Source: Octopus vulgaris | Taxonomy: Eukaryota | Direction of reading: 5' to 3' | DNA: 64,000 nucleotides | Assembly (NCBI GenBank): GCA_951406725.2 | Contig: OX597822.1 | Span: forward strand, 29,636,001-29,700,000 | Shown here: piece by piece, positions 1 to 13,556 of the stretch | Layout of the letters: each line of letters starts with the position of its first letter | Numbering within the stretch: the stretch's first letter is position 1 | Notes under the pieces: model-generated | Told to the model about the DNA's origin: nothing | Databases searched by the model: none | Seen by the model: only the letters and a program-made list of their open reading frames with translations | Translations under genes and position numbers: made by a program

Positions 1-215
1 ATATCGTTGACTATATTATTATCTAGTGTATCAATTAAGAATGATAATAACAGAATCAATAACATAGGCGATTGCAGGCCAAAAAAGCACATTAGATAAC
101 TGAAGGAATAAAAATTAATCAAAGGACATACTGAGTATGTCTACCTGCTGGAAATAACAGTCAAAACTTTAAATAGCCAAAATACACTGATAATACAGAA
201 ATCAACCTCTGAAGG
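1..215. repeat. Dispersed repeat fragment, homologous to 42241-42440
   Basis: aatgataataacagaatcaat...aaaggacatact...ctacctgctggaaataacag...aaaatacactgat...tacagaaatcaa aligns by eye with 42268-42440. Confidence 0.75.
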
Positions 216-229
216 CAAACGGGCTAAGG

Positions 230-3200
230 CATTCTCTCAGCATACATTCAAATATTTGGACTTACGTGGACCTGAAAAAGTCAATGAGGTCTTAGCCAAA
301 GAAGAAGGTATCCGTCTTCAGCCCTTTCAATCGCGTCCACCACACTACCTCTTTTGCCATATCCACCAGACAGAGAAAAGTTGCCCTCTCCTCCCGGCCA
401 AAAGAGGGACTATAGCCGGATCCGTCCTACACATGACAATAAATGTTCAACAAAGCTCCACAAGTCAGCAATGCGCGGGCACTGTACGAGAGCATGAAGA
501 ACGGTTTCATCGCTCCGCGTGCATCTCGGACTAGCCCGACTGACTACACCTGTGCCTGTAGAGCTTATCTCGAACCGGCAGCGCCCCCAGCAGCACTGTC
601 AGTTCAGGGATTTCTGGACGTTATCCATAGTTCCCGGCTCGAAAGTCCTCCAGAAGAGAACAGCCAGTTGATCGTCCTCGATAACCAGGATCTCTCCGAG
701 TACGTGTCGCTCTTGCTCTCCACTAATCCCCTATAGAACTTCCATCGACCGCACTACCTGAGTGGCCGATGGCTGTGAGTGCTTGGAGACACTCAAGGTG
801 CCAAGCGTCCTGTCTCGGGACGAGCTGCGGAAAAGCGTGTTCAACAAACGGTGACGACACTGTTCACCGTTAAGATTTCGTTGAAGATGTTGCAGCCTCA
901 GCACATGTCTGCGCATCCTCAGCTCTGTACTCCACGCACATGTACTCCAGCATATGTCTGCGCATCCTCATGCTCTGTACTCCACGCAACAGGTGCTGAC
1001 AGCAAATGGACCGTCTAACAAGCGGTACCTGTCCCTTCCACGGGAAGCTGAAGAGTAAACGCACCAGCCCGTTCGGCCATGAAGCGGGGCAAGAGATCAC
1101 AGTCAGGTGGTGGTAGTATATGAAAAATTCGCCACCTCCGCCCGATTTTTGAGGGATAGCTTCCTCTCGGCCTATTTCTGGGTGATACTGGCCACCTGTT
1201 TGTCACGTCGACCCAGTTCTTCTCCGCTTGGAGGTCCGGACCGAACCAGATCCCGAGCAATTTAGCAAGTCCTTCTGTCCAACACCGCACCACACCATCA
1301 GTTGGCATGAGCCTGTCTCTCCAGGTTTCGAGCTGCAAGCCCACTGACGTCTCCTGTTTGAGCATTGCTCCTGTCACCGCTTCGTATTCGCTTAGGGTAG
1401 TGCCGACCATCTCGATTTCCGAGATGTCCGACACTATCACGGTGACGTCATCCGCATAGGCCGACACGACCTTTCCGCATTTCAGTTAACGCGGGATGCA
1501 CCTCGAAACCTTCAGCTTCCACAGTAATGGCTCGAGTGCCAGTACGTAGAGAAGGGGTGAGAGTGGACATCCTTCACAGACCGAACGTACGATACTAAAC
1601 GATTCCGAGAGGTGGCAATGTACTTTGACCACCGAACAAATGTCGCTGTACATTGCAGTAATCCAGCCTCTGAAAACGGGACCGAAACCAGCCGCCTTGA
1701 GGACAGCCTCCAAGAACAGGTGGTCGACCCTATCAAATACTTTCAATTGATCCAAATGGATCACGGTTCCACTCATGTCAGGTACTTTGCCAACCCTCTC
1801 TATAATGTATCATGTGAGGTGGAGGTTGTCGTGTATTGTTCTGCTGCGGATAGTACCAGTCTGTCAACGACAAGCGCCAACCTCTTTGCTGACACCTTAG
1901 CCAAAATTTTGTAATCTATATTTAGCAGACTTAACGGCCTAAAGTTATCAACAATGTCCCCCTTGTTCGGATACTTTCTAAGTAGCATCACCACATCTCG
2001 GCTCACATATACGGGCATTCTCCCATTCTGCTGGCCTACAAAATACTCTATCTAGCTAAGATCTGGATGACTCGACACTGTTTGCCCATGTCCACACTGG
2101 AGTGTTTAGGAAAACCAGTCTGAACATGTCTACCAGCTGGAAACGATTGAGCAGTTTTGCGAGGCTTGCGCGCCCACTTTCCTATCTGCTAGCCCCACCC
2201 AATCCACACGTGCATCCAAAATGGCGTCCCAACCGCCCGCTAACACTAAAGAGCGAGACGCCCTTAGAAAGGCCTCCAGGCGTCTGAAAAACTTCAGCTG
2301 CCCCCTTCTAGTCGGTACGTACCCTGCAACCAGTCAACCGACTTGCCTTCCGGGTTCAGGAAGACCGACCGTATCTCGAGATCCAGGCCTTTTCTGAACA
2401 ATACTGTCACCCCACTCCCTATTCCCGGTCGACTAAGAGATGCAAAAATTTCGAAAATGGGAGCCAAGGCCCGTGTGTCCGCGATCCTGGTCTCACTGAC
2501 GGCTGTAGCATCCAGACATGGCCACTTGAGGTCATTGCGCAAGAGTCCTTGCTTCCACGACGACCCCCAGGCCACGTACATTTATACAACCTACTTTAAG
2601 AATCGAGTGGTTCTCCCACCCTGTCCGTTTTGTTGGGTTCCTCTGGAAACCCCCTAAAAAGTAATCTGCCGGCCGTTACAATGGGAGATCCAATGTCATA
2701 CGGGTAGCTCCGCTTAATGCTCGTATAAGTCTGTAATATCATTCACACCATCATTAGGCTCTCCGGTACTCTAAAAGTGTTGGGGCTGCAGATCACCCCC
2801 TCTGTTTCAATGTTCTCGTTTTGTGCTTTCCATTGGCCCTCCTCACTAACACGAAGTTCCGCTGCTGTGCAGATGGTTGTTGTTGTAGTGACATTTTTCT
2901 TTTTAAAGTTTTATTCTGTTTTTGATTCTGTTATTGGGTGTTTGTGATGGTGTTGGTGATTGTGGTATTAGTAGTGTTGTCACCAGTGTGTCTGTGTATG
3001 CCGTTTCTTGGATTGCTCCCTTTTTTCTGTGTCTCTTTCTTGTTCATTTTTGCTTTTTGGGCTTCCCCCTCATTATCGCTTGGATTTGTGAAGGAATCCG
3101 TGTCTTGTATGTTTTCTTCTGGCGTAGTTTGTTCTGGTTCTCTTGTAGTAGTAGTAGCCATCGTTGTTGTTGTTGCTCCTGCTGTTGTTGCTTCCGCCTT

Positions 3201-4140
3201 TGTTGCTGGTGCTACTCCCACTGCCACCTTTATTGTAACACCTACCTGTTTTGTCGCCTTGGGTTCAATTTCTGTTTCTATTCCCCTGCCTTTGTGTTGT
3301 TGTTCTTGTTGTTTTTGTCGACTCATAGGATGTGGTGCCTTCGACTGGACATTTCTTTCTGCCCTTCTGTTCTTGTTCTGTGGGCAGGGAAACCCTAAGT
3401 GGGCAGAGAAACCGATTGTGGAACCACAATCGTGGCACCTTTGCTTTCTGCGTTCACCCTTAGTTCTACTCTATTCGAGAGGAAATCAGGTTTGGGACTT
3501 TCTCTAACTACTCCCGCTTCACGCGGAGAAGAAACTCCAAGGTAGTCCCAACCCAATTCTCCCTCCTCGATCTTTTAACACCCGGAAGATTCTCCCCGCC
3601 GTCCGTACAAATACAGGCAAGAATCCACCATAAATCCAAGCTGGGTGGGACTCCAGGTGCCATAATTCTTACTGCCCTTCCCATGCACGTTGGGAAGAGG
3701 GCGATTTCTTCGGTGCGACGCGTGGTCACCGAGTTCTGTATCGCCCGTTCCTCGGTCTTAAAAAGGACCTCTACCCCCGCCATACTGCCTTGCCCTCGCA
3801 ATGTGGTGGACATCCTGCCATATATCTTTCAAGGCTTTTCCCACCTGGTCGTGTTTAGCAGTTTCGAGTTTCCTTGTCTTTATGTTCACGCACCTGTAGA
3901 CAACTGTCCGTTTGGCTGTTGCTTCGAGCACGTCACCTGGAGGCGTTAGTTCTGCCCCACTTCCATTCATTTTCATATATTTTGCTGCCTTGTTTAGTTT
4001 TTCTATTTTGTTCTCCAATGAGATGTTAACCAGTTCTTTAGCTGCCGTTTCTTTCCCACTACTTACTCCATTTTTGTTAGATTCTTCGCCGCACTTGTTT
4101 CAATATTGTTTTGCGTGCTACTACGATTTCCATGTAGTGA
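230..4140 (-). mobile_element. L1/Tx1-clade LINE, near full length but degenerate (ORF1 about 4130-2700; ORF2 APE and RT about 2600-230, frameshifted with internal deletions)
   Basis: Minus-strand ORF pieces: APE N-terminus (LDATAVSETRI); RT motifs NFRPLSLLNIDYKILAKV, HLDQLKVFDRVDH, RSVCEGCPLSPLLY, SAYADDVTV, KLLGIWFG. Upstream ORF1-like pieces at 3508-4018 and 2931-3326. Confidence 0.9.
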
Positions 4141-4162
4141 GGAAGAGTTTACTCCTTCCTTC

Positions 4163-4765
4163 CTTCTTCTTCTTCTTCTTCTTCTTCTTCTTCTTCTTCT
4201 TCTTCTTCTTCTTCTTCTTCTTCTTCTTCTTCTTCTTCTTCTTCTTCTTCTTCTTCTTCTTCTTCTTCTTCTTCTTCTTCTTCTTCTTCCAATCAGGGCT
4301 CACACCATTAGCCACAAAGAATAATCTCTAATTCCAGCCTACTCTAAGCTACTAAGAATGCTTGTGGCAACTTGAAGATCCACCCACCACACGCGATAGA
4401 CTGGCGGTTGCACGGGCGCGAAAGCTACGTTGTTATCCTCATTCCGTAAACGATGGCTTTTAACGGGTGGAGAGCTGAACCAGCCTGGGGTACAGAAGAT
4501 TCGCAATCTAGACTAGGGCCTGAAAGTTTACCACACCATAGTGGGTTACACCATGGTTCCTCTGCTTTGTGGCAGAAGTAGGAAGAAAGAGTGAGAGAAA
4601 GTTGTGGCGAAAGAGTACAGCAGGGTTCACCACCACACCCACCGGAGCCTCGTGGAGCTTAGGTGTTTTTGCTCAATAAACACTCGCAATGTCCGGTCTG
4701 AGAATCGAAACCGCGTTCTTACGACTGCGAGTCGCTGCCCTAACCACTGGGCCATTGCGCCTCCA
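4163..4765 (-). mobile_element. tRNA-derived SINE (family C) with long (GAA)n tail
   Basis: Minus-strand head ggaggcgcaatggcccagtggttagggc...ggtttcgattc (A and B boxes), about 470-bp body and (GAA)n tail at 4163-4289. Near-identical to 32541-33146. Confidence 0.9.
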
Positions 4766-5405
4766 CTGTAGTTGTTGTTGCTTAGCTCTTGGTCGGCTCA
4801 AATCTAAAAGGTCTATGAACAAAGGCATTCTAGCCGTGTCTATCTTGTCAATGTATATCTAAGAGTACGCTATCCAATGTGTCCTTTTAAAAAGACGTTG
4901 CAATATGATTTGAATGAGATTTGACTTTTTTTACTTAACCTCAAGTCAAGCTGATTCAGTAAATATGTAATCAAAGGCAATCGAACCATAATCAATCTGT
5001 CTCATTCCCGGATACAGTCCACTGTGCACTCGGAACCATGTCATCCACCGAATCCGTCTGTTTTGTTTTTTTAAGATGGTGGAGTGTAAATTGAGGGAGA
5101 TTTTACAACAACTTCTATCAGATCGAGCGCTGACGTAGAGGTTGCCCTCATTGGTTAGTGCCAGGTCATACCTGATTAAGCCGACTTTTAATCAAAGACT
5201 CTGCAGTCCTGGCTATATCGTCATATGAGGGGGCATGTAAGACTACATACATTGCATAATGAGTCCTGTCTATGTATAAAGTAGGAGGGTGTGATTTGAT
5301 AGATATCTGGCTGCTACTTTCTGCAAGCCGAGCAATGAGGTAGAGGCCAGCCACCATTGGTTCGTAATTCGGGTGTTTCTAGTTGGTCTAAAGAGGGATA
5401 GATAG

Positions 5406-5408
<3 letters not shown>

Positions 5409-5475
<67 letters not shown>

Positions 5476-5531
5476 AAGAGAGAGAGAGACGGAGGGAGAG
5501 AGAAATAGAAAGGCAGGCAGAGAGTGAGAGT

Positions 5532-5594
<63 letters not shown>
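5409..5594. repeat. (GA)n microsatellites
   Basis: Directly visible. Confidence 0.98.
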
Positions 5595-5598
<4 letters not shown>

Positions 5599-6135
5599 GT
5601 GTTTCCTTATCGTCTCTTCAGTTCTAAAGTATTAAGCTTCGTACACCTTTCGTGCCGTCTAGTCTTCGGTCAGATTAAAATTGAGCCGAAGGGAGAAAAT
5701 AAAGCATGTAAATATGGAAGTGTTTCGTTATGAACTACATACATACATACATACATACATACATACATACATACATACATACATGCATACATGCGTGTAT
5801 GCATACATGTGTGTGCGTATTTATCCTTTTTTCATTAGACCCCTTTTTTACTTTTTGGTTATTTTTTTAAAACGTGTTCACTCTAATTTTTTTGTTATTG
5901 TTGCCGTTTTATGCAATTATGAACAACACTATTGTTTCGACTCATTGCAAGGATCGCTATGGGACTATTGCTGGACCTACAAAAAACAACAGTCAAATCA
6001 CCTTCATATCCTGCCCTACTGATTCAGATTAAGTAAGTGGATAACCATACGAGTTGAAGAATATTACGATCCATTGTCATCATAAGTACAACTATTAAAC
6101 AGGTGTGATTGTTATGAAGGGAATGGTCTGTAATA

Positions 6136-6800
6136 TACGAGGTCGCTAATGTTGTTAAGAGAGCTATTCCACGGTGATCCAACCATACGAGTTGAAGAAT
6201 ATTATGATTTTTGGAATCCGGCCTGGAAGTCGCTTTCCGTAAACGAGTCGAGGACCTTCTGCGATTCGCTCTGGATCGTAACAACGGTGTTAAAACGGTG
6301 ACCTTTGAGCTGTATTTTCATCTTGGAGAAGAGATGGAAATCTGCAGGAGCTAAAATCTGGCGAATAGGGCGGGTGAGGAAGCGATACAATGTTGTTTTG
6401 GCGAGAAACTCACGAGTGAAAAGAGCTCGGTAAAGAATCCAATCCTTCACGCTTCATGGAACCGGTTGCATTCGCCGAATGTCCCTCCAAAAATGCTTCA
6501 AACGTCCCAGTAGAACTCTCAATTGACGGGTTGGGCCGCGTGGAGGGTGGGTGGGGGAATAATTCTTGATGCACACTTGCACACTACCACATTTCCAGGG
6601 GTGACGCTCGTGGATGGTCTTCTAGATTGCTCATCGTCTTTCAGGGCCGCTCTTCCACATTTGAAGTGCCCGTGCCATTCGAATCATTGTGTACGAAACA
6701 TTACATTACCGTAAACTTGCGAAAGCATGCTCAATGTCTTTGTAGCAGACTTCCCGAGTTTAACGCAAAATTTCACGTCGGCTCTTTGTTCCTGCTCGTA
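6136..6800 (-). mobile_element. Internally deleted mariner transposon relic
   Basis: N-terminal EQRADVKFCVKLGKSATKT...DDEQSRRPST and C-terminal frameshifted YSP/LAPADFHLFSKMKIQLKGHRF motifs. Confidence 0.85.
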
Positions 6801-7014
6801 TAAAATATTAGAAAATTAAATTGGAGTTGTGCTCTGTAATGGGTGCATGAGGAATGCCTCAGCATCCAAGCAGAGGATCCTGTTGCTATATTCGTGGCGG
6901 CAAAAGCCATTTAAGGGTTTTCTACTCACAAGGTGTAAGAGAACAAAAACAACAGCAACAAATGTTTTCTGCTATTGGTACGAGTCTGAAAGTTTGGGAA
7001 CTGGAGAACAGTAG

Positions 7015-7172
7015 ATTATATCGACCCCAGTGTTTAATTGGTAATTATTTTATCGACCCCGAAAGGACGAAAGGAAAAATCGACCTCGGTGGAATTTGAA
7101 CTCAAAATGCAAGGAACCGAGTGAAATGCCGCTAGGCGTTTTGTCCGACTGCTAACGATTCTGTCAGCTCGC
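7015..7172 (-). mobile_element. SINE family A (tRNA-related head plus conserved ttcatcctttcggggtcgat core)
   Basis: Reverse complement of the family seen at 11617, 18345, 34263 and 38628. Confidence 0.85.
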
Positions 7173-7229
7173 TGTTTTATCAACAGTAACAAATAATGGC
7201 GGTTAATAGTCTTAAGGGGTACCGGGTAC

Positions 7230-7955
7230 AAACCCTGAAGACATCAAAGCAAATAACTGTTTCCTCATTGTCAGGGACTATGGAAAATTTCCAGAAATTT
7301 CTCACCTGGTAATACTAACACCAAGCATTGGCTGTTCGGGAGAAACTATACAAGCAGAAAAATATTGCCAGTATGGTCGTTCCGAGATGCATGCAGAGTG
7401 ACGAAACCATTCTGCTCGCTTTTTTATAGTACCCAACTTGTGGAATTTGCTGAAAAGCTGTTATCATGTGTAGAGCAAATCCTGTTATTGGTTGGGTCCA
7501 TTCTAAAGATTGGCCTGCCGCATTCCTTCGGTTGTGAGGAACAGGTAGCTTTCCACTGCCCGGTGACCATAGCGAAAAAGACAGAATTGTGTACGTGGCT
7601 GAAAGGACAGACGACGGGGTCTTCCTATTCAATTAAGCCCTCATCAATCTTTACAAGTTGAGAAAGGGGAAGATGTGGAGGGAAATGCTACCCACTCCAT
7701 CTGGTAAGTTTGCTGAAAGGTTAATGATAATAGCGAAAATGACCCAAAGGCAAATGCTCTTGGGGAACAGGATGATTGGCCCTAGGTGGTTATCCTTGCT
7801 ATTGATGGTGATGTCTCTTGTTTCTATTTGATTGATATTTATTGTTTTTGTTATTTTCTTTCTTCTTTTTTTTACACCTGATTAATCTGTAAACACTCTA
7901 TTACAATTTGCATCGTATTGTTATTTTTTTCTGTCCCCCCTGGCTGATAAAGACT
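7230..7955 (+). mobile_element. Tx1-clade LINE 3' fragment (zf-RVT region and 3' UTR)
   Basis: ALAVREKLYKQKNIASMVVPRCMQSDETIL is similar to LPVRDKPYKHG..CLMCSQSDETVL at 27287-27607. The 3' end (ccctggctgataaagac) resembles 24400-24425. Confidence 0.7.
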
Positions 7956-8129
7956 TTGCTTGTCATCCTTTGGAGGTCTATGTAATCGACAATCACTCCA
8001 CACAAGTGACATGCAGTCCTTGTGCTTATAGTAGAAATCACCAGCAGCACCACCAGTCCTACCCCTGCCATCAACCCACCAATGTCTCCGAGTGTCAGCA
8101 TCATGAGCGCCGACGACATCCCGCACAAT

Positions 8130-8130
<1 letters not shown>

Positions 8131-8209
<79 letters not shown>

Positions 8210-8269
8210 TTACGACTACTTCTACTACTAATGTTGCTGCTGCTGCTGCTGCTGCAACTACTACTACTA

Positions 8270-8348
<79 letters not shown>
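8131..8348. repeat. Compound (TAC)n/(TGC)n microsatellite
   Basis: Directly visible. Confidence 0.98.
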
Positions 8349-8629
8349 AGTAGCAGGCATTGTCATTGTCATCATAAGCACAGCTATTAAACAGGTGTGA
8401 TGAAGGGAATGGTCAGTAATATACAAGGTCCACTGTGGATAGGTGAGATGAGGAACCTAGTTTCTGTTGCTGAAAATGCCGGCTGGATAAGGATGTTGCC
8501 CAGAGAATAATCTCATATTTATGTACGTGTGTGTGTGTGTGTGTGCATGCGTGTGTATGCGTGTGTCTGTCTCTCTCCCTCTCTTTTCTTTCTCCCGTCC
8601 TCTCTCTCTGTCTATGTGTGCATGTCTCG

Positions 8630-8790
8630 ACGGGTTGGGCAAAACAATGGGAACATCTTGTTAAATGGAAGCTTTATTATTGAATACAGAATTAGTTCAC
8701 CCTTGGCCTCAATCACAACTTTCATACGTCGGGGAATTTCAACCTTCAATTTTCTTTGTATAAGTACATATCTTTATGCGTGTGTATGTG

Positions 8791-8865
<75 letters not shown>

Positions 8866-10340
8866 AACAAAATAATAGAAACACCTTGTTATAAATGAAA
8901 GTGGTTTTTTAACAATTTAATTAGGAGTTGTTCCACCTTTGGCACCAATTACAACTTTAACACGTTGAAGAAATGACTCGTATAAGTTCAGAATGGTTGT
9001 TAAGGGAATTTTGGGTCGGTTTTTGAGTAAAATCTGCTTTAGCTCTTTCAGCGACGATGGTATATGGAAGTGGCTACTTACTTGTTCCAAATCGCAATAT
9101 AGGGGTTCGATTATACTGAGGTCCGGTGATTGTATGGGCCAGTCTAAGTGTCCTGCTTCACTTTTGTGCTATATACGTATCAATTTTGAATAACATTAGT
9201 CGCGGTAGTCGATGCATTGTCGTCTTTGAAGATTGTGAAACGATCACCGAACAATGTTTGTACCATTGGGTGGAGATGATCAACCAAAATACACGGATAT
9301 GTGTCAGGTCACTTGTGAGGTCTCTCATGAGTGCTACTGGTAACATGAAATCCAGTACAACTTGTTGCATGGTCAGGCCATTGTCGACTAAACCAGCACC
9401 CCCACTAGGCCTGACTGGCGAGGATGGTTGCTAGAAACCCCGTAGCTTTAAAAACAAGACCTGTCAAAAGGACGGTGAACCTAGTGTAGGTTCAACGACT
9501 ATTTAGCAATAGCACGGGCCCCTCACAAATTTCGGACTGGTGTCCGGCATGCTCGAAGACCATTGGGAGAGAGGTACCTTTTAGCTTTTGTTAAAGCATG
9601 TCTCTAGAACCGGTTTCGAATACAGGATACGTCTGCTCCGATTAATTGGCGGTGACTTGGTTAGTGAATGCCCTGCGACGGTCGACAATCGATGGGAAAA
9701 GGATCTACTACGGATCCTATAGTGTGTATGCATGTGACCGGAAACCACATATCGGAGCCGGCTCAATCCACCCCGGGCGAGTGCCACCGAAAATAAAAGT
9801 AACAAGTAAAGTGCTCAGATAATCCTTTGTGTTAATTCTGTAGAACAACTAAAATGCCAAGAGAATTCGGTTGCCAACATCATCACAAAGCTACCTCTAT
9901 CCTTCATGGTAGGGGACAAACATTCAAGATTATTTTTGAAATCTCCAGTCATAAACTCGCCCCGAAGTGTGGGGAAAAGGGTGAATGAGGATTCATTAGA
10001 GAAGATGACATTGTTCTATTGAGCCATTGATCACCTCTGAAAAACGGCAATGAAAGCCAAATGCCTATACAGTATGTACAGAATAAAATACAAAAGAAAG
10101 AACAGTAATAGTACCACGAGAAAGAGTGCTAAGGCCGTAAGGGGTAGTGTTGGCGAATTTGAAGAGCATGGGATTTTTGAAGGTTGCATGTATTTTACTT
10201 TGGAATTGATATACATCCAATTAAAGCACATGCTTTGGTTGTATTTCCCTTTAGTTTTATTGTCATTAAATGAGATCTTTTTGTCTTTTAATCTTATACT
10301 TGTTTCAGTTATTGGACTGCAGTCTTGCTGGTGTATCATC
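8630..10340 (-). mobile_element. Old fragmented Tc1-like transposon, interrupted by other repeats
   Basis: Ends resemble the Tc1 TIR at 18857 (caaaacaatgggaacatc, caaaataatagaaacacc). Degenerate xDDNA motif near 9215 and FSNESSF motif near 9995. Confidence 0.55.
9340..9812 (+). mobile_element. Putative non-autonomous RTE-like element (structured 5' segment, A-rich/AAGT tail)
   Basis: GC-rich insert inside the Tc1 relic. 5' part has RTE-5'UTR-like architecture (gactaaa...aaaccccg...taaaaac) and it ends aaaataaaagtaacaagtaaag. Confidence 0.4.
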
Positions 10341-10480
10341 TTGAAGGGCTTGATCGAACAAACCCACCTCAGTAGTTTTTTTTTAAAGTATGGTACTTAT
10401 TCTATCGGTTCGAACGACTAAGTTATTGGGACGCAAACACAACACAAAGAGGAAGACACATCCTCGATCTCACTCACACA

Positions 10481-10523
<43 letters not shown>

Positions 10524-11308
10524 CCCCACACATATATAAAGCAAAGCAAATAATAAAATAACAAAAAGTCAAAGGTACGTTTACAGTTAGTATTATTAGC
10601 TTGGTGCTCAATGAAGGAAAAAAATTATAGAGTAAAATTTATAGAGCAAATGTATAACGTTTCGGATAAAGTCCTTCACCTACCACAGTAAAGTCCAGGA
10701 GAGACTGAGAAGTGAAGGAAGAGAAGAAAGACGATAAGAAAGATAAGAGACAAAGTAAAAATGCATGTGGGTTAGGTTCACAGTTACGACGGCTTCCTCA
10801 CAGTTTCCGTCTACCAAATTCACTCACAAAACATTGATTGACCGCGGCTATAGTAGAAGATACTTGTCCAATGTGTCGCGAAGTGGATGGATCCCGAAAA
10901 CACGTGAAAAAGCATTAACGATAACAATGTACCCATCATATAATTTATCTGTGGTAATACTAGTAACATAGTTTGGGATGGGGCGGCGAAATGGAGGAGG
11001 GGACGAATGGAGGAAGGAATGAAGGGGATGAGGGGACGGTTCAATCCTGGCAAGCTTTTATGGTGGGGGCACTTTTGGGTCTGCTGTATAAGTGAAGGGA
11101 AGGGGACAGAGGGAGGGGGATTCAAACTCAAAGGCTGTTCCCGGCTGCGCACACTCTGGCTACGCCCCTCGCTAACACCCACTCATGTTCTATATTTTTT
11201 TTATTGGAGTCTCATTGGGAATTTTGTTAATATTCACTTTATATCTCTTTTATGCATTGAGCGTGCTTGTATGTGTGCGTGAGTGTGTATGTGTTGTGCG
11301 TTTGTATC

Positions 11309-11342
<34 letters not shown>

Positions 11343-11412
11343 CAGGAGTGTATAAATATTTAATTGGAATGACGGTGTTGTTGCTATGCGTGTTTTTATA
11401 TATGAAGGTGAG

Positions 11413-11832
11413 AAGGCGGCGAGCTGGCAGGTTCGTTGACACGCCGGGCATTTTCCCCGACTTTACGTTCTGAGTTCAAATCCTGCCGAGGTCGAATTTG
11501 TTTTTCATCATTTCGTGACCGATGAAATTAGTACCAGTCATGCACTGGGGTCGATGTAATCGACTTGCGCCCTCCCTCAAAATTCCAGGCCCTGTGTTTA
11601 TAATAGAAAGCACTAAGGCGTCGAGCTGGCATAAACGTTAGCACGCCGGGCGAAATGCTTAGCGGCATTCTGTCTGATTTTACGTTCGGAGTTCAAATTC
11701 CTCCGAGGTCGACTTTGACTGTCATCCCTTTCGGGGTCGTTAAAATAAGTACCAGTTGAACACTGGAGGTCGATGTAATCGACTTAAGCCCCTAACCCGA
11801 AATTAGTGACCTTGTGCCAAAATTTGAAACCA
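11413..11832 (+). mobile_element. Two tandem SINE family A copies
   Basis: aaggcggcgagctggca...ttctgagttcaaat...gaggtcga...ggggtcgatgtaatcgactt occurs twice. Confidence 0.9.
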
Positions 11833-11836
11833 GTAT

Positions 11837-11893
<57 letters not shown>

Positions 11894-12531
11894 TGTGTGT
11901 GTGCGTGTGTTGGCGTCTTCGTGTGAGTATGCTTCTATGAGTATGCTTGTGTGTCTGTGTAAAGAGAAGGCTGTTGTGTTGATCTTTGGAATGCATTACG
12001 CCTACATACAACTATGTGTCTCCGCATCTGTGCGCGGATGTGTGTTTATGTTTGTAGGTATGCTTGCAAGCATATGTGTACGCACGTGTGTGTATGTATA
12101 TATACATAATGGAATAATTACTATGAAGCATTGTGTACAATATTTTGTATAATAGGTCGTGGGTAACGCCTAAACCAAGATCTTTTATATAATATATATA
12201 TATATATATATATTTGTAATGCTATCTTTTTTGTTCTTATTGATGTCTTCCTGTGCTGTCAAATGGTTTATGGCTTGTTGGTAATCTTTTCTTGGTCATT
12301 CATGCATGAATTAGTAAACAAAACAAAATAAATAAAAACCCGAATGATAAGCTAAAAATAACACCAACTAAGCCAATATTATGTATGTGTCCATGCGTGC
12401 ATCTCTGTGTATATATATGCATGTTATATGCATGTGTATATAGATACATACATAAATACATACAAACATACACACAGATACCCATATAGAAACACCTTCC
12501 TACGTGTGTGCGTGTGTACGTGTATATACAT

Positions 12532-12565
<34 letters not shown>

Positions 12566-12589
12566 GTAACAAGCATTAGCAGCTTGTTA

Positions 12590-13470
12590 CAACAACAAAC
12601 GCACGCACTTGCCCTTACTTCTCCAACACCACACTCCTCACCGGCACCCATCATCGACCCTATCACATCACCGACTCCTTCACCGGCACTTCTACCAATA
12701 TCATCTACTGCATCTCCTGCTCACTCTGCCCTTCTCTATACATTGGGCAAACGGGACGTCGCTTGTCTGACCAGTTCGCGGAACACCTCCGAGACATCCG
12801 ACTCGGCAATGACACCCCAGTCTCACGTCATTTCCGCTCTACCGGTCACTCTTTGCAACACCTGTCCGTGTTCAGATTGTCGTTGCACAGGAGCCATCCG
12901 CTTACCCACATACTCCACCTCTACCCCCACACTCAGCGTAACCATACACCCCACCCTTGCTTTCCCCAGTCTCGCTCCCCCACCTCCCAGCACCATCTCA
13001 CCACACACCACACACCACTACATCATACACCACCATACCACACAACATATCACATCACAATACACCACCACGCATACACCAGCACTGACCACTTCCCAGA
13101 CCCACATTTTCACACCTACATATACACACACGCACACGTCAAGATCACCAGCCCTCTTCCACACGTACATACAAACTCTCTTATACACACGCACGCGCAC
13201 TTTCGTTTTGGGATCACCACTACTTTATTATCTCCCCTTCTCCCTAGCTCTCCTGTGTGACCCTTCTGATTCTGTCCGGCAATGGCCATGATAGATCGCT
13301 AGCCACTACACATTCTTTATTTTCTCTCCTTGTTTCTTTCTGTGTTCCTTTCTGTGGAAGAGCGTGGGCTCGAAACGTTAAAGACTTTTTCACTTCCCGA
13401 GCGTTATACTAATACATCTGTTTGTTGTCTACACCACCTGTCTTCGTCTTGTTTTTTTTTTGTGAATTCT
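12590..13470 (+). mobile_element. Penelope-like element: GIY-YIG endonuclease fragment and pLTR-like 3' end
   Basis: Translates as HRPYHITDSFTGTSTNIIYCISCSLCPSLYIGQTGRRLSDQFAEHLRDIRLGNDTPVSRHF (IY..C..C...YIG.T.R....R..EH pattern). Hammerhead-like motif at about 13344-13384. Confidence 0.85.
13344..13384 (+). ncRNA. Minimal type I hammerhead ribozyme motif (PLE type, one core deviation)
   Basis: cttt-CTGTGGA-a-gagc(gtgg)gctc-GAAA-cgtt-aaag: stem I cttt/aaag, stem II gagc/gctc, palindromic AACGTT stem III. Confidence 0.6.
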
Positions 13471-13473
13471 CCC

Positions 13474-13554
<81 letters not shown>

Positions 13555-13556
<2 letters not shown>

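Noticed and set aside
2922-3507. Hydrophobic plus-strand ORFs (158 and 189 aa)
   Set aside because: They are antisense shadows of the low-complexity Tx1 ORF1 region.
12407-13291. 294-aa ORF
   Set aside because: It is an alternative frame across microsatellites and the PLE fragment; the meaningful frame is the GIY-YIG one.
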